A model generated the notes under the pieces. The model saw nothing but the letters and a program-made list of their open reading frames with translations, made no database searches and was not told where the DNA came from. A stretch of 64,000 nt of DNA from Mytilus trossulus (Eukaryota): the NCBI RefSeq assembly GCF_036588685.1, contig NC_086374.1, forward strand, positions 71,238,001 through 71,302,000, read 5' to 3'. Position 1 is the stretch's first letter. Every line of letters begins with the position of its first letter. This document shows positions 63,949 through 64,000 of the stretch, in pieces. The position numbers and the translations under genes are program-made.

Positions 63949-64000
63949 TTTTATGTCAACAGTTATTTTAGTTAGATGGATTTATCATGCATTGCATATG

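Overview
AT-rich, repeat-dense animal genomic DNA. The repeat families and gene types look like bivalve (Mytilus-like) sequence; this is recognition from memory, not a search result. All host genes found are on the minus strand and look immune-related. (1) A tandem array of RING-less B-box/B-box/coiled-coil/NHL beta-propeller (TRIM-like) genes: one intact copy (3669-5375), one broken only by a 163-bp solo LTR with a 5-bp TSD (11449-13314), one decayed pseudogene (21043-22668) and two older remnants. (2) A spliced gene that the ORF track splits into four pieces (50633-45426). Joined through canonical phase-1 introns it gives CARD - CARD - coiled coil - nSTAND3-type STAND NTPase - 13 ankyrin repeats, i.e. 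an NLR-analogous receptor with an ankyrin sensor. Upstream lie a duplicated STAT (GAS) motif and an ISRE-like motif. The rest is mobile DNA: a decayed Penelope-like element carrying a hammerhead ribozyme, a free retrozyme-type hammerhead, Helentron-associated (HINE-like) elements with ~166-bp internal arrays, two TAYGG/6-bp-TSD foldback elements, Ginger-like and Tc1/mariner-like MITEs, CR1- and RTE-type LINE ends, a nested insertion cluster and a mosaic inverted duplication. Coordinates were read by eye; repeat boundaries are approximate unless a TSD is given.
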